Assembly (NCBI GenBank): GCA_964510965.1 | Contig: CAZECX010000004.1 | Location: 1 to 60,369 of the forward strand | DNA: 60,369 nt | Reading direction: 5' to 3' | DNA from: an uncultured Nitrospina sp. | GTDB lineage: Bacteria > Nitrospinota > Nitrospinia > Nitrospinales > VA-1 | Shown here: piece after piece, positions 11,115 through 21,209 of the stretch | Numbering within the stretch: the first letter of the stretch is position 1 | Layout of the letters: each line of letters starts with the position of its first letter | Notes under the pieces: model-generated | What the model was told of the DNA's origin: nothing | Databases searched by the model: none | The model's input: only the letters and a program-made list of their open reading frames with translations | Program-made: the position numbers and the translations under genes

Positions 11115-12443
11115 TTAAATCTCCATAATCCGTTTCAAATCGTCCAAACTGGATCGCCAGTCAAAATTCTCATGCATCCCTTGCCTGAGGTATGGAATCA
11201 TTAAATCATATTTTTGGATGGCCATATCAATTTTTGGGTTGCTCCCTTTAATGTAAGCGCCAATATTGATCAAATCCTCTGCGGATTTATAAGTGGCAAG
11301 AAAATCTTTAAATTTCATGGAAAGCTCTTGATGCTCTTTTGTCACCACATCAATCATTAATCGGCTCACACTGTTGAGTATATCAATTGCGGGATAATGA
11401 TTATGTGCAGCTAATTCACGGCTTAGCACAATATGTCCATCCAGAATTGCGCGAACCGCATCAGAGATTGGTTCGTTGAGATCATCCCCTTCAACAAGAA
11501 CTGTGTAAAGCCCCGTGATGGAACCTTTACTGGATGATGTCCCTGCACGTTCCAGTAGCTTTGGTAGCATAGAAAAAACCGAGGGTGTGAAACCGCGAGT
11601 GGTTGGTGGTTCTCCAACCGACAAACCAATTTCTCTTTGAGCAAGGGCAAAGCGGGTGACAGAATCCATCATCAACATCACGTCCTGACCTTTATCTCTG
11701 AAATATTCCGCTATTGTGGTAGCAATGAATGCTCCGCGCAACCTTACCAGAGGGGGTTCATCAGAAGCTGCTGCTATTATGATCGAGCGTTTTAATCCTT
11801 CTTCTCCTAGATTTTCGTCGATGAACTCTCGGACTTCTCTTCCCCTTTCACCGATCAGCGCGATGACATTAATATCGGCGTTGGTGTTTCTTGCAATCAT
11901 TCCCATTAAAACCGATTTTCCCACACCGGTACCTGCCAGAATTCCTACTCGTTGCCCCTTGGCAAATGAAAGGAGGCCATTGAGAGAGCGAATTCCAACA
12001 TCCAAAGGTTCTTTTAAACGTTTACGTTCCAATGGATTGATTGGACTTCCCATTAATGGATATTCTGTGGTTGCCGGAATAGGGCCTTTACCATCAATGG
12101 GTAGCCCGTTTCCATCAATTATTCGACCGATCAGCGCATTGCCTACTTTATAAGTGGGGTATTCTTCCGTCGATTCGATAACGCTGCCAGGTTCGATGCC
12201 AATAATATCGCCTAGAGGCATTAACAAAGTATTTTTTTCACGAAACCCAACAACCTGAGCCTGAATTGAGGGTCTATTGTTGGGATATATCGTACAAATA
12301 CTTCCGACGGATACAGCGGGGCCATCTCCTTCGAGAATTAAACCGATGATGCGGTTGACACGACCGGTCTTTTTTACAAAGTCTGTTTTTTCAATGAAGT
12401 TGCTGTATTTTTTTAAATCGATAGTTGCTTCCATTTTCCTCAC
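11115..12443 (-). CDS. fliI: Flagellum-specific ATP synthase FliI
   Basis: AGTGVGKS, IALIGERGREV, MMDSVTRFA, RAILDGHIVLSR, HYPAIDILNSVSR; GTGA overlap with the fliH stop. Confidence 0.96.
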   Translation of the reverse strand: MRKMEATIDLKKYSNFIEKTDFVKKTGRVNRIIGLILEGDGPAVSVGSICTIYPNNRPSIQAQVVGFREKNTLLMPLGDIIGIEPGSVIESTEEYPTYKVGNALIGRIIDGNGLPIDGKGPIPATTEYPLMGSPINPLERKRLKEPLDVGIRSLNGLLSFAKGQRVGILAGTGVGKSVLMGMIARNTNADINVIALIGERGREVREFIDENLGEEGLKRSIIIAAASDEPPLVRLRGAFIATTIAEYFRDKGQDVMLMMDSVTRFALAQREIGLSVGEPPTTRGFTPSVFSMLPKLLERAGTSSSKGSITGLYTVLVEGDDLNEPISDAVRAILDGHIVLSRELAAHNHYPAIDILNSVSRLMIDVVTKEHQELSMKFKDFLATYKSAEDLINIGAYIKGSNPKIDMAIQKYDLMIPYLRQGMHENFDWRSSLDDLKRIMEI

Positions 12444-13348
12444 ACCTGCTTATCTTCTGGATTGGGGTCGCTCGACTCGGAATTGTCATCCTCTGTTTCA
12501 TTTTCGGAGGGTTGCTGTACTTCTGGTGTTTCTTCATCCACCGAAATCTCGGAAGCGGCAATCATTTTTTCAGGCGGTGCTGGGGAAAGATTAAGGATGC
12601 GGTCTATCTGTTCTTCCAGTTTTTCAATCCTTGCATCGATCACACCAAAATTCGTTTCGACAACACAACCCCCGCGAGCGATGCCAGAGTGTGCTTCAAA
12701 AGTAATATTTTTTATTTCACTGAACATATGGTGCAATTCCGGGCGAAAACTTTCAGCGTATTCTTTATCGGTGGGATGGATTTTTATAACCATAGACTCC
12801 CTATCTAATACGGACTGAACAGCCAGCCGAATCATATCTTGAACGGCATCTTCACGGGTAGAAAACTCAAAGTGAATGACTTTTTTCGTAAGGCTGATAA
12901 CCATTTCAACCATTTCTCTTTCAACCTTGTCATACATTTCTTTTCTGAATCCTGATAGTTCTTCAATCAATTGCTGAGTGGTTTCCAGGAAAGGACTGAA
13001 CTCTTCTTTTGCGGATTCCTCCCCCTTTTTGAATCCACCTTGGAAGCCCGTATCGTATCCCTCTTTTCTAGCATTTGATTTTAGTTCGTTGACCTGTTTT
13101 TTTGCCTTGTCCATGGCATCTTTTAGAAGTTCCATTACACCCTGTTTAGCCTTATCCACATTGGACTGGTCGAAGTTGCGGGCTTTATCCGAGTCGTAGG
13201 AAAAGCCGCGGCGAATGGATGGATTCTGAACGGTTAATTCATCAAACTGAAAGGAACGCTCTTCAGAAGTTGTTTCAGGGGTATCGACCTCATTCATTTG
13301 CAGGTTGCTGGATTCAAAATTTTGGCGTAAATCAGACAAGGGCTTCAC
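12440..13348 (-). CDS. fliH: Flagellar assembly protein FliH
   Basis: GYxxGFxxGFxxG repeats, IKIHPTD, GGCVVETNFGVIDARIE; lies between fliG and fliI. Confidence 0.9.
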   Translation of the reverse strand: MKPLSDLRQNFESSNLQMNEVDTPETTSEERSFQFDELTVQNPSIRRGFSYDSDKARNFDQSNVDKAKQGVMELLKDAMDKAKKQVNELKSNARKEGYDTGFQGGFKKGEESAKEEFSPFLETTQQLIEELSGFRKEMYDKVEREMVEMVISLTKKVIHFEFSTREDAVQDMIRLAVQSVLDRESMVIKIHPTDKEYAESFRPELHHMFSEIKNITFEAHSGIARGGCVVETNFGVIDARIEKLEEQIDRILNLSPAPPEKMIAASEISVDEETPEVQQPSENETEDDNSESSDPNPEDKQV

Positions 13349-14336
13349 CTCGACCCATCACGATAGCTCCTGACTCTTCAAGATGCTTGCAGATGGAAAC
13401 AATTTTTTGTTGTCCTTTTTCGACCTCGCTTATTTTGGTAGGACCCAGCAATTCAAGATCTTCTCGCAGCATATCTGCAGCGCGATCAGACATATTAGAA
13501 AATATTTTGATTTTCACTTCATCCGATGCAGTCTTAAGAGCGACCAACAAATCTTCACTTGTGACATCTCTTAAAAGTAATCGGATACCTTCATCATCAA
13601 TCTTCTGAATATCTTCAAACGTAAATCTCAGCTCGCGAATTTCATTTGCCATATCCGGGTCGATTTCTTCCATTGAAGAGAGAATCATCGATTCAGTTGC
13701 TCTGTCCATAGATCCCATCAATCTGGCGGCGACGGCTTTTCCGCCTAATTTATTTCCAGTAAAAGTTCCAGAATATTGAAATTCAGTTTTCAGGGCAGCG
13801 TCCAAATCTTTAAGGACTTGCGGAGATACCCTCTCCAGAGTAGCAAGTCGGTGGACAATTTCCATACGTTTATTTTCAGAAATTTCTTTTACAGTTTGGC
13901 TTGCTACATCCGGTTCTAAATGCGCCAGAATGATGGCTGCAGTTTGTGGATGCTCATTTTCAATAAAGCCAGCAATTACACTAGGTTCAAGAAGGCGAAT
14001 GGTTTCCAATCCTCCGCCAAGCTCTTGATCAGGTGAGGTGATGTTATTCAAAATTTCATTTGCTTTGGCAGGGTTCATGGCTTGGTGGAGAGCCGATTTA
14101 AGAAATTCAGTTCCCGATCTTCCCAGTCCAGAGGCTCCCGTTTCCAGATGACTGTAAAAATCTTTATTAACCTTGTCCATGACCTTCATGTCAACATTCC
14201 CAAGGGATGACATATAATTGCCGAGGGTTTGAATTTCCCGCTCATCCATATTTGCAAGAACCTGGGCAGCTTTTTCTTCACCGAGGTCCATCAATAGTAT
14301 AGCGGCTTTTTCCGGTCCTAAAATTTTTCTACTCAT
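13332..14336 (-). CDS. fliG: Flagellar motor switch protein FliG
   Basis: EKAAILL, EHPQTAAIILAHL, FTFEDI, NMSDRAADMLREDLELLGP. Confidence 0.96.
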   Translation of the reverse strand: MSRKILGPEKAAILLMDLGEEKAAQVLANMDEREIQTLGNYMSSLGNVDMKVMDKVNKDFYSHLETGASGLGRSGTEFLKSALHQAMNPAKANEILNNITSPDQELGGGLETIRLLEPSVIAGFIENEHPQTAAIILAHLEPDVASQTVKEISENKRMEIVHRLATLERVSPQVLKDLDAALKTEFQYSGTFTGNKLGGKAVAARLMGSMDRATESMILSSMEEIDPDMANEIRELRFTFEDIQKIDDEGIRLLLRDVTSEDLLVALKTASDEVKIKIFSNMSDRAADMLREDLELLGPTKISEVEKGQQKIVSICKHLEESGAIVMGRGEALV

Positions 14337-14356
14337 AATTCTCCAAGCCTTTATTA

Positions 14357-15949
14357 TTATTTAGCAGTAGGATCTTTTTCTCGCATCCATTTTCTGATTA
14401 CGCCAGCAGTATATTTTGGATCGTTACCAACAAACTCTGATACAGACTCTCTAATATGAGCTGCCTCTGAAGCCATTTCATTGAGTCGTCTTTTCTCTTC
14501 ATCCACCGCATCAATGTCAGCTGTTCCCAATTGTTCCATTTCGGGAACGACTTCAACAGAAGTGGTCATCCAGGTAATGATGGGTCGAATTATTCGGGTA
14601 AAGAACATGATGAGGAATATCAAGCCAACAACCAATTTACCAACTTCCATGGCCATATCAATTTGTTCTGCTCGCTCAAGCGCAGCTTTTTCTTGATCCA
14701 TTTGAGAGCGATCAAATTGAATGTTCTCAACTTGAATGACATCGCCTCGTTCCTGGTCAAATCCAACAGCCGATTGAACAATTTGCAGATATTTCGCCAT
14801 TTCTTCTTGAGTGCGAGGTTTATATTCCGCTGGATCACCTTCCAGGGTTCCATCAATCATGACCGCAACACTGAGCTTGGCAATTTCGCCAACTGGTTTG
14901 GAAACCCTTCGGACGACCTTATTAATTTCGTAGTTAAATACCGCGTTAGATTTATTTCTCTGTGCCGCCTGACCGACTGAACCACCGGCACCTTCGCCAT
15001 CAGGAACCAGTGCTTGAACACCCGGAATGCCTCCAGGTGGAATGGCACCTTTAGAGTTTTCAGTAATCTGGTTTTCGCTTCGGACCACCTGAGAATCTGG
15101 ATCAAAAATTTCTTCCGTTCTTTCTACTTGTTCAAAATCCAAGTCCGTGGAAACTTTGGCGATCACGTTGCCAGATCCTAATGCGTCTTCGAGCATTTTA
15201 ATAATTTTTGCCTGTAATTCTTTTTCAACGCGTAATTTATGTTTAAAATTTGAGGCAGACATCATGGCTTCCTTTGAAGGTTCTTTGCCGCCTGACAAAA
15301 GATTTCCCTTCAAGTCGACTACGACAACATCAGAAGCCTGAATGCTGCCAACACTGGACGACACCAAATGCACGATTCCCTGAATCTGACCTTCTGTAAG
15401 AGACTTGCCAGATTTTACTTTCAAAGTTACAGAAGCCTTTCCTTTTGGTTTTTCCTTGCGGAATAGATTGTCTTTGGGGATAACCAGATGAACCCGTACC
15501 TGGGAAACTGCATCAAGTGTTTTAATTGTGCGAGTCAACTCGCCTTGCAGGGCGCGCTGAAAATTTAGTTTTTGAATAAAGTCAGTCATTCCCAGAGGAG
15601 TGTCTTCAAAAATTTCAAGACCGACATCAGAACCTTCGGGAAGACCTTCGCTGGCAAGTTGCAATCGGATTTCATGAATCATATCTGAAGCTACACGAAT
15701 AGTACGTCCACCATTCGTTACTTCATAAGGAACTTTCTGAGTTTTCAATTTTTCAACAATCGCGCCAGCATCTTCCTGTGAAAGGTTCGCATATAAGAGC
15801 TGAAAATCGGGTGCCTTTAGCCATAAAGACATGACAAGCAAAGAGGCTAAAGCTAGAGCGACTAGAGAAAGTGCTGCAACTTTTTTACCTTGCGACAGTT
15901 CGTTAAACCGTTCACCGAGTTGTCCTAGAAAATCCTGAAAGTTATCCAT
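14357..15949 (-). CDS. fliF: Flagellar M-ring protein FliF
   Basis: RLQLASEGLP, VGLEIFE, NFQRALQGELTRTI, VRVHLVIPK, NYEINK, SAVGFDQERGD, C-terminal TM. Confidence 0.96.
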   Translation of the reverse strand: MDNFQDFLGQLGERFNELSQGKKVAALSLVALALASLLVMSLWLKAPDFQLLYANLSQEDAGAIVEKLKTQKVPYEVTNGGRTIRVASDMIHEIRLQLASEGLPEGSDVGLEIFEDTPLGMTDFIQKLNFQRALQGELTRTIKTLDAVSQVRVHLVIPKDNLFRKEKPKGKASVTLKVKSGKSLTEGQIQGIVHLVSSSVGSIQASDVVVVDLKGNLLSGGKEPSKEAMMSASNFKHKLRVEKELQAKIIKMLEDALGSGNVIAKVSTDLDFEQVERTEEIFDPDSQVVRSENQITENSKGAIPPGGIPGVQALVPDGEGAGGSVGQAAQRNKSNAVFNYEINKVVRRVSKPVGEIAKLSVAVMIDGTLEGDPAEYKPRTQEEMAKYLQIVQSAVGFDQERGDVIQVENIQFDRSQMDQEKAALERAEQIDMAMEVGKLVVGLIFLIMFFTRIIRPIITWMTTSVEVVPEMEQLGTADIDAVDEEKRRLNEMASEAAHIRESVSEFVGNDPKYTAGVIRKWMREKDPTAK

Positions 15950-15992
15950 GAGAGTTTAGTTTTTATTGTTAATAAAAATTTCGTTTATTTTC

Positions 15993-16430
15993 TTATCTGC
16001 CCAGGTCAATAGCTCTGGTAGCCATTGCCTTCGACGCATTGAGTGCTGTTACATTTGCTTCAAACGATCTTTGCGTGGTCACCATATTTACAACCTCTAT
16101 CATAGGATCGATATTTGGCATGGCCACATATCCTTCATCATTTGCATCCGGGTGTTTTGGGTTAAAAACCAAACGAGGTTCCGACTGGTCTTCCACAACC
16201 TCTGTAACTTGTGGTTTAGTTAGTCGATCTCCCAGTTGATTTTTAAAAATACTTCCGAATTCACTTTCCATAGGAACCGCAGTCACCAAAATATCTTTTT
16301 TGCGATAAGGTCCTCCTTCTGGAGTTCGGGTTGTTTCAAGATTAGCAAGGTTGCTGGAAATAGCTTCCATGCGTTTTCTTTGAACGTTTAACCCTGATGA
16401 ACTGATTTTCATGTTAGTAAGAAAATCCAT
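15993..16430 (-). CDS. flgC: Flagellar basal-body rod protein FlgC
   Basis: ISSSGLNVQRKRMEAISSNLAN, GGPYRKK, HPDANDEGYVAMPNID, RSFEANV. Confidence 0.95.
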   Translation of the reverse strand: MDFLTNMKISSSGLNVQRKRMEAISSNLANLETTRTPEGGPYRKKDILVTAVPMESEFGSIFKNQLGDRLTKPQVTEVVEDQSEPRLVFNPKHPDANDEGYVAMPNIDPMIEVVNMVTTQRSFEANVTALNASKAMATRAIDLGR

Positions 16431-16507
16431 ATTCCAACCCTTCCTTTGAAAGCTTTGCTTCGATTAATAATAAAACCCATAATTTGAGGAGGTTTTGATA
16501 TTAAGTT

Positions 16508-16523
16508 AGCAAGTTCCATACCA
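16508..16523 (-). promoter_or_regulatory. Putative sigma54 (-24/-12) promoter of the flgC-fliF operon
   Basis: Minus strand TGGTATGGAACTTGCT (GG-N10-GC), 78 nt upstream of the flgC ATG. Confidence 0.7.
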
Positions 16524-16642
16524 TTACCCGGTCACCTGGGTGGAAGAAAAGGGGGATTGAGAAACCCTTTTATTTAATTAGGTTTATGGTGTTAGGAGGG
16601 AGGAGAGATTTTGCCAGGCAAGGGGTTACAAAACAAAATTCC

Positions 16643-16656
16643 GTCATAATTTTGGC
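16643..16656. promoter_or_regulatory. Possible enhancer-binding-protein site (FleQ-box-like)
   Basis: GTCATAATTTTGGC, one mismatch to a GTCA-N6-TGAC palindrome, ~120 bp upstream of the sigma54 box. Confidence 0.35.
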
Positions 16657-17058
16657 TTCAAGGATGACTTTACCCGCAATATTTTTGTGAATGCTCAGCT
16701 CACATGACAAAAATTTCCAGTGAAACTGTCAAAACGAGTTTTTCGGAAAAGCGTCAAATTCGTGGTTTAGTAAGAAGGGGTTTTGATTGTTCAAATGAGG
16801 AGGCGTGATATTTTAACTCATGCCCGGTCACGGGTAATAGGGGTATAACGACACGATCGTTTAATTGTAAGGGGTTAAGGCGGAACAGGAATCGGCCATG
16901 AGCTGCTATATAATCCCGCTCTGCACATTTAAGGTTTTAACTGTAATCCATCACTATTGGAGAGGCCCCCTTGGATTTGCTAGTTCCATATCTCGAAAAA
17001 AGGAATAAGAAGTTTCATATTCATTTCGGTGTAGCAACAAAATTGCCTTCCAGAACGA

Positions 17059-17913
17059 TTATGCTGCGTAGTCGATATCGCTTTTATTCATATGAATAAT
17101 TCCCCAGGAAAGATGCTCATTCTTTCCAGCTTCTACCCAGTGTTTTAAGCCCTGAATCATTTTATCGATATATTCTTTTCCGCAGGTCTCAACCATTTCA
17201 TTATAGCGATCCTGGGTTTCCTCCATCACACGCTGGTAATGAGTGGTTAAATGTTCGGACAAGTCTTCCACTTCGGTCTTTTTCACACCGAGTTTTCTGG
17301 CTTGTTCTATATAAAAGCCGAAAGAACCCAATGAATCCAGGTGAATTCTGTCCAGGACAGGTTTTAAAATACTTTTGGGGCAATCGAAAGTCTGCATCAG
17401 ATCTGTGAAAATAAATTCACCGCTGTCGTTGAGCACCCGAACGACTTCTTGAACCACAAGCTCTCGATTAGCACTGTGAACGATGGCATCCTGAGACCAA
17501 ACTATATCGAATGAGTTTTCAGGAAAGGGGATATCTTCAAAGTTGCCTTCTACTACTGTTATAAGGTTGTCCAGGCCATGTTTTTTATTCAGGCTACGGT
17601 TTCTTTCGTTTTGAGTTTCGCTGAGGTTGAGGCATGTTACCTGAACTCCAAATTTTTTGGCCAGGTATCGGGCGGCACCGCCATAACCAGAACCCAAGTC
17701 CAGCAGTTTGGTATTGGCGTCTAAATTTAACTTGGATGCCATCACTTGCACAATCCTTGGACTGGCATCTTTGATGGGTTCTTTGGAGTGATTGTAAATT
17801 CCTACATGAATGTGGTCACCGCCCCAAATTTTAAAATAAAATTCATCAGCGGGAGTGCTATTGTAATATTCCTCGGCTTTATCAACGGCTGTTTTTTCAG
17901 TTGCATAACTCAT
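17059..17913 (-). CDS. sdmt: Sarcosine/dimethylglycine N-methyltransferase (glycine betaine synthesis)
   Basis: AEEYYNS..ADEFYFKIWGGDHIHVGIY, LLDLGSGYGGAAR, VWSQDAIVH, IFTDLMQ, RIHLDSLGS; GAGGAGG RBS supports a start at 17913. Confidence 0.9.
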   Translation of the reverse strand: MSYATEKTAVDKAEEYYNSTPADEFYFKIWGGDHIHVGIYNHSKEPIKDASPRIVQVMASKLNLDANTKLLDLGSGYGGAARYLAKKFGVQVTCLNLSETQNERNRSLNKKHGLDNLITVVEGNFEDIPFPENSFDIVWSQDAIVHSANRELVVQEVVRVLNDSGEFIFTDLMQTFDCPKSILKPVLDRIHLDSLGSFGFYIEQARKLGVKKTEVEDLSEHLTTHYQRVMEETQDRYNEMVETCGKEYIDKMIQGLKHWVEAGKNEHLSWGIIHMNKSDIDYAA

Positions 17914-18012
17914 GAATGCCTCCTCATTAAAGCAAATTTTAGGAATAGCATTCAGACGCAATCATTCCTCCTGTAATTAGAAACAATAACAAACGCCCAA
18001 ATAAACTATTTG

Positions 18013-18068
18013 GATTTATATAATAAGGTCTGACCCTTTAGATTTATATAATAAGGTCTGACCCTTTA
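18013..18068. repeat. Perfect 28-bp tandem repeat (2 copies)
   Basis: GATTTATATAATAAGGTCTGACCCTTTA at 18013-18040 and 18041-18068, no spacer. Confidence 0.95.
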
Positions 18069-18302
18069 GGAATTTCAACGTAGGACTGTAGTATACAGTA
18101 AAATAGCGGGGTTGGCAAGACGTTCCTTTTTAATAAAATAAAATTAACATGCTTTGCGAAAAAAAAATCAGCATACCGGTTTTATTTTTAGATGCTTAAG
18201 TGATACGGTAAAAAGATTGTGAGAAATTTATTTTTCCCAAAAATTTACTAATAGTATTAAAAAACTTCGTTATCAACTCAGTTTTCAATCAGAACTTCCT
18301 CT

Positions 18303-19811
18303 ATGGAATCTAAAATAAAAATCCAACCGGTTCTATTTTTTAAAAGAACCAATCCTCCAGTATTTATTATGTCGGCGATCATCATGCTGGGTTTTATTTT
18401 GGTGGCAACCTGGTTTTCCGAATCATCCAAAAAGATTATTGATAGGGTTCAGTCAATCATTGTGAACGACTTCAGTTGGGTGTTCACAATTTCCACGTTC
18501 CTGTTCCTTATTTTTATATTCTTTCTTCTCTTCAGCCGATTTGGCCGCATCCGTTTAGGGCAGCCCGATGACAAACCTGAATTCGGCTATACAACCTGGT
18601 TTGCCATGATGTTCAGCGCGGGAATGGGGATAGGACTGGTATTTTGGAGCATCGCTGAGCCTATCAAGCATTTCACACATCCGCCCAGCATCGATTCCCA
18701 GCTATCTTCTGCCAACCTGGCTATTGGAATCACTTATTTTCACTGGGGACTGCACGCCTGGGCCGTTTTCATTGTCGTCGGACTCTCCCTTGCCTACTTT
18801 TCTTATAGAAAGGGTCTGCCTTTAACCATTCGATCCTGTTTCTATCCTTTACTCGGAAATAAAATTTATGGGCCATGGGGACACGCTATCGATATATTCG
18901 CTGTAGTGGGGACGATGTTTGGCGTAGCCACCTCTTTAGGGTTGGGAGCCATGCAAGTCAATTCCGGCCTGAATTTTCTGGGTGACTGCCCTGAAACTAA
19001 AATGACACAGGTTGTATTGATTGCCCTCATCACCGCATGCGCCACAGCGTCAGTGGTGCTGGGACTTGAGAAAGGTATCAGTCGGCTCAGTCATTTCAAT
19101 ATTTGTTTGAGCATAATTCTGATAGCCTTTATATTTTTCCTGGGTCCATCAATGTATATCTTGAAAACTTTTGGAAATGGGGTGAAAGATTATGTCAGCA
19201 ATATCATTTATTTTAGCTATTGGAGCGAATGGGTTGCAAAACCGAAGTGGCAGGCGAGCTGGACTATTTTCTACTGGGGCTGGTGGATAGCCTGGGCACC
19301 GTTTGTGGGAATGTTCATCGCACGTATTTCCAAAGGAAGGACCCTCCGCGAATTTATTATAGGAGGATTCTTCGCTCCAGTGTTTGCGACATTTGTCTGG
19401 TTGAGCGTTTTTGGCGGCACCGCTCTCCATTTGGAAATATTTGAAGGCGCCCCCATTTCCCAAGCCGTTTCTGCAAACGTCAGTACCGCCCTGTTTGAAA
19501 CTTTGGCCTACCTCCCAATGGAGAAAATTACTGCGGCCTTGTCCACATTAGTCATCGTAACTTTTTTTGTGACATCGTCAGATTCAGGTAGTTTGGTGAT
19601 CGACATATTGACTGCAGGAGGCGATCAGGACCCCCCTAGGAATCAGAGAGTTTTCTGGGCAGTGACCGAAGGTGTGATTGCATCCGTATTGCTATTGGCC
19701 GGTGGCTTGCAAGCCTTGCAAACTGCTGCCATCGCTTCTGGACTCCCCTTCGCCCTAATAATGATAGGGATGTGCGTTGCCTTGTATAAGGAATTGCGAA
19801 AGGAGCTTTAA
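18303..19811 (+). CDS. BCCT family transporter (glycine betaine/choline/carnitine)
   Basis: WFAMMFSAGMGIGLVFW, HWGLHAWAVF, Trp box WTIFYWGWWIAWAPFVGMFIARISKGRT, FFVTSSDSGSLV. Confidence 0.95.
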   Translation: MESKIKIQPVLFFKRTNPPVFIMSAIIMLGFILVATWFSESSKKIIDRVQSIIVNDFSWVFTISTFLFLIFIFFLLFSRFGRIRLGQPDDKPEFGYTTWFAMMFSAGMGIGLVFWSIAEPIKHFTHPPSIDSQLSSANLAIGITYFHWGLHAWAVFIVVGLSLAYFSYRKGLPLTIRSCFYPLLGNKIYGPWGHAIDIFAVVGTMFGVATSLGLGAMQVNSGLNFLGDCPETKMTQVVLIALITACATASVVLGLEKGISRLSHFNICLSIILIAFIFFLGPSMYILKTFGNGVKDYVSNIIYFSYWSEWVAKPKWQASWTIFYWGWWIAWAPFVGMFIARISKGRTLREFIIGGFFAPVFATFVWLSVFGGTALHLEIFEGAPISQAVSANVSTALFETLAYLPMEKITAALSTLVIVTFFVTSSDSGSLVIDILTAGGDQDPPRNQRVFWAVTEGVIASVLLLAGGLQALQTAAIASGLPFALIMIGMCVALYKELRKEL

Positions 19812-19972
19812 TAGCATATTGGCCTTTATCCCAACTGTAGTTCAGGAAGAAAGCTAGTCCGAGAAATAGCACCCGATCTTAAAGCGATGGGTGTTAAAAA
19901 AAGCCTGGGCGATTTAGCTGACAAACCAGTATGATAAGGAAGGCATTCAAAAAATTTTAGAGAAAATCCAGC

Positions 19973-21091
19973 ATGGAAAATTTTGGTTTTGATATGACAG
20001 GTATGACGGTTCTTATTGTAGATGATACGCCTGCGAACCTTGATTTATTGCAAAAAATTCTTGCCAACAAAGGTCTTTCCATTTCAGTCGCACCTAATGG
20101 AGAGGTGGCTCTAAAAATAGTATCCAGTATAATGCCGGATTTAATATTGCTGGATATCATGATGCCGGGAATCGATGGCTTTGAAACTTGCAAAAAATTA
20201 AAAAGCGATCCGATCACTAAAGATATTCCGGTTATTTTCCTTTCCGCAAAAAGCGAAACAGCTGATATTGTCCAGGGGTTCTTAGTTGGAGGATTGGACT
20301 ACATCACAAAGCCTATAAAAGTTGAGGAAGTTTTAGCCCGAGTAAAAACACAGCTGGAGCTTCGAATAAAAACCAAAAAATTAATAGAGACTCAAAGAAA
20401 TTTAGAAAGAAGCAATCAAGATTTACTTGAATTCGCGTCCTTTGTGTCCCATGACCTTAAAGCGCCTCTTAGGAATATTTCACAGCTTGGAGAATTTCTA
20501 AAACAGGACTACGGTGACCAACTGGAGGAAACAGGACAAGGTTACATTGACAAAATATCAGTCGTAACGGATCGAATGGCCCATTTGATTGACGGTCTCC
20601 TTGAATTTTCCCAAATAACCGAAGATACAAAAGCTTTCGAATCCCTCGACCTTAAAGAAATAATCCAGGGAGTCCTGGATAATTTGCAAGTGTCTATTAA
20701 GGAAATAAAAGGAATTATTCAAATAGGAGATTTGCCAACGATAAAGGGTGAACCGTCACTATTGCTGCAATTGTTTCAAAACCTGATAGCCAATTCACTA
20801 AAATTCCAAAGAAGTGAAAAACCTCCCGTTATTAATGTTTATAGTCAATCCACCAACCCTGAATTTTGTGAAATTATTGTTGAAGATAACGGAATTGGTT
20901 TTGATGAAAAATATGCTGAAGAAATTTTTCTTCCTCTAAGGCGTTTGGTGTCTAAAGGACAATACGAGGGTAGCGGTATTGGGTTGGCCACCTGTAAAAA
21001 AATAGTTGATTATCATAAAGGAAGTATCAGCTGCCGAAGCCAACCTGGAAAGGGGACCCAATTTATCATTTCTCTGCCAATCAACTTCTAA
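19973..21091 (+). CDS. Response regulator receiver + histidine kinase (REC-HisKA-HATPase)
   Basis: VLIVDDTP/PDLILLDIMMPG REC; FVSHDLKAPLR H-box; QLFQNLIANS, VEDNGIGF, GSGIGLA. Confidence 0.93.
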   Translation: MENFGFDMTGMTVLIVDDTPANLDLLQKILANKGLSISVAPNGEVALKIVSSIMPDLILLDIMMPGIDGFETCKKLKSDPITKDIPVIFLSAKSETADIVQGFLVGGLDYITKPIKVEEVLARVKTQLELRIKTKKLIETQRNLERSNQDLLEFASFVSHDLKAPLRNISQLGEFLKQDYGDQLEETGQGYIDKISVVTDRMAHLIDGLLEFSQITEDTKAFESLDLKEIIQGVLDNLQVSIKEIKGIIQIGDLPTIKGEPSLLLQLFQNLIANSLKFQRSEKPPVINVYSQSTNPEFCEIIVEDNGIGFDEKYAEEIFLPLRRLVSKGQYEGSGIGLATCKKIVDYHKGSISCRSQPGKGTQFIISLPINF

Positions 21092-21209
21092 AGTTGAGAT
21101 ACTGTAACACCACAACCCTTGATACTTTTGTTGTTTTAGCACTTATTGTTTTTTCTGAAAGTCCAGTGTGTTTGACAATATTGGAAAACTGAATTGGATT
21201 TTGTAAAGA

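Noticed and set aside
16526-16836. Repeated CCCGGTCAC 9-mer with small hairpins upstream of flgC
   Set aside because: Too short and only two copies; could be chance.
16431-17058. flgB or fliE remnant
   Set aside because: No NIANxxTPGY-like or FliE-like reading frame seen; the region holds the sigma54 box and AT-rich regulatory DNA.
18013-18068. CRISPR array
   Set aside because: Repeat length fits but there are only two abutting copies, no spacer, and no cas genes.
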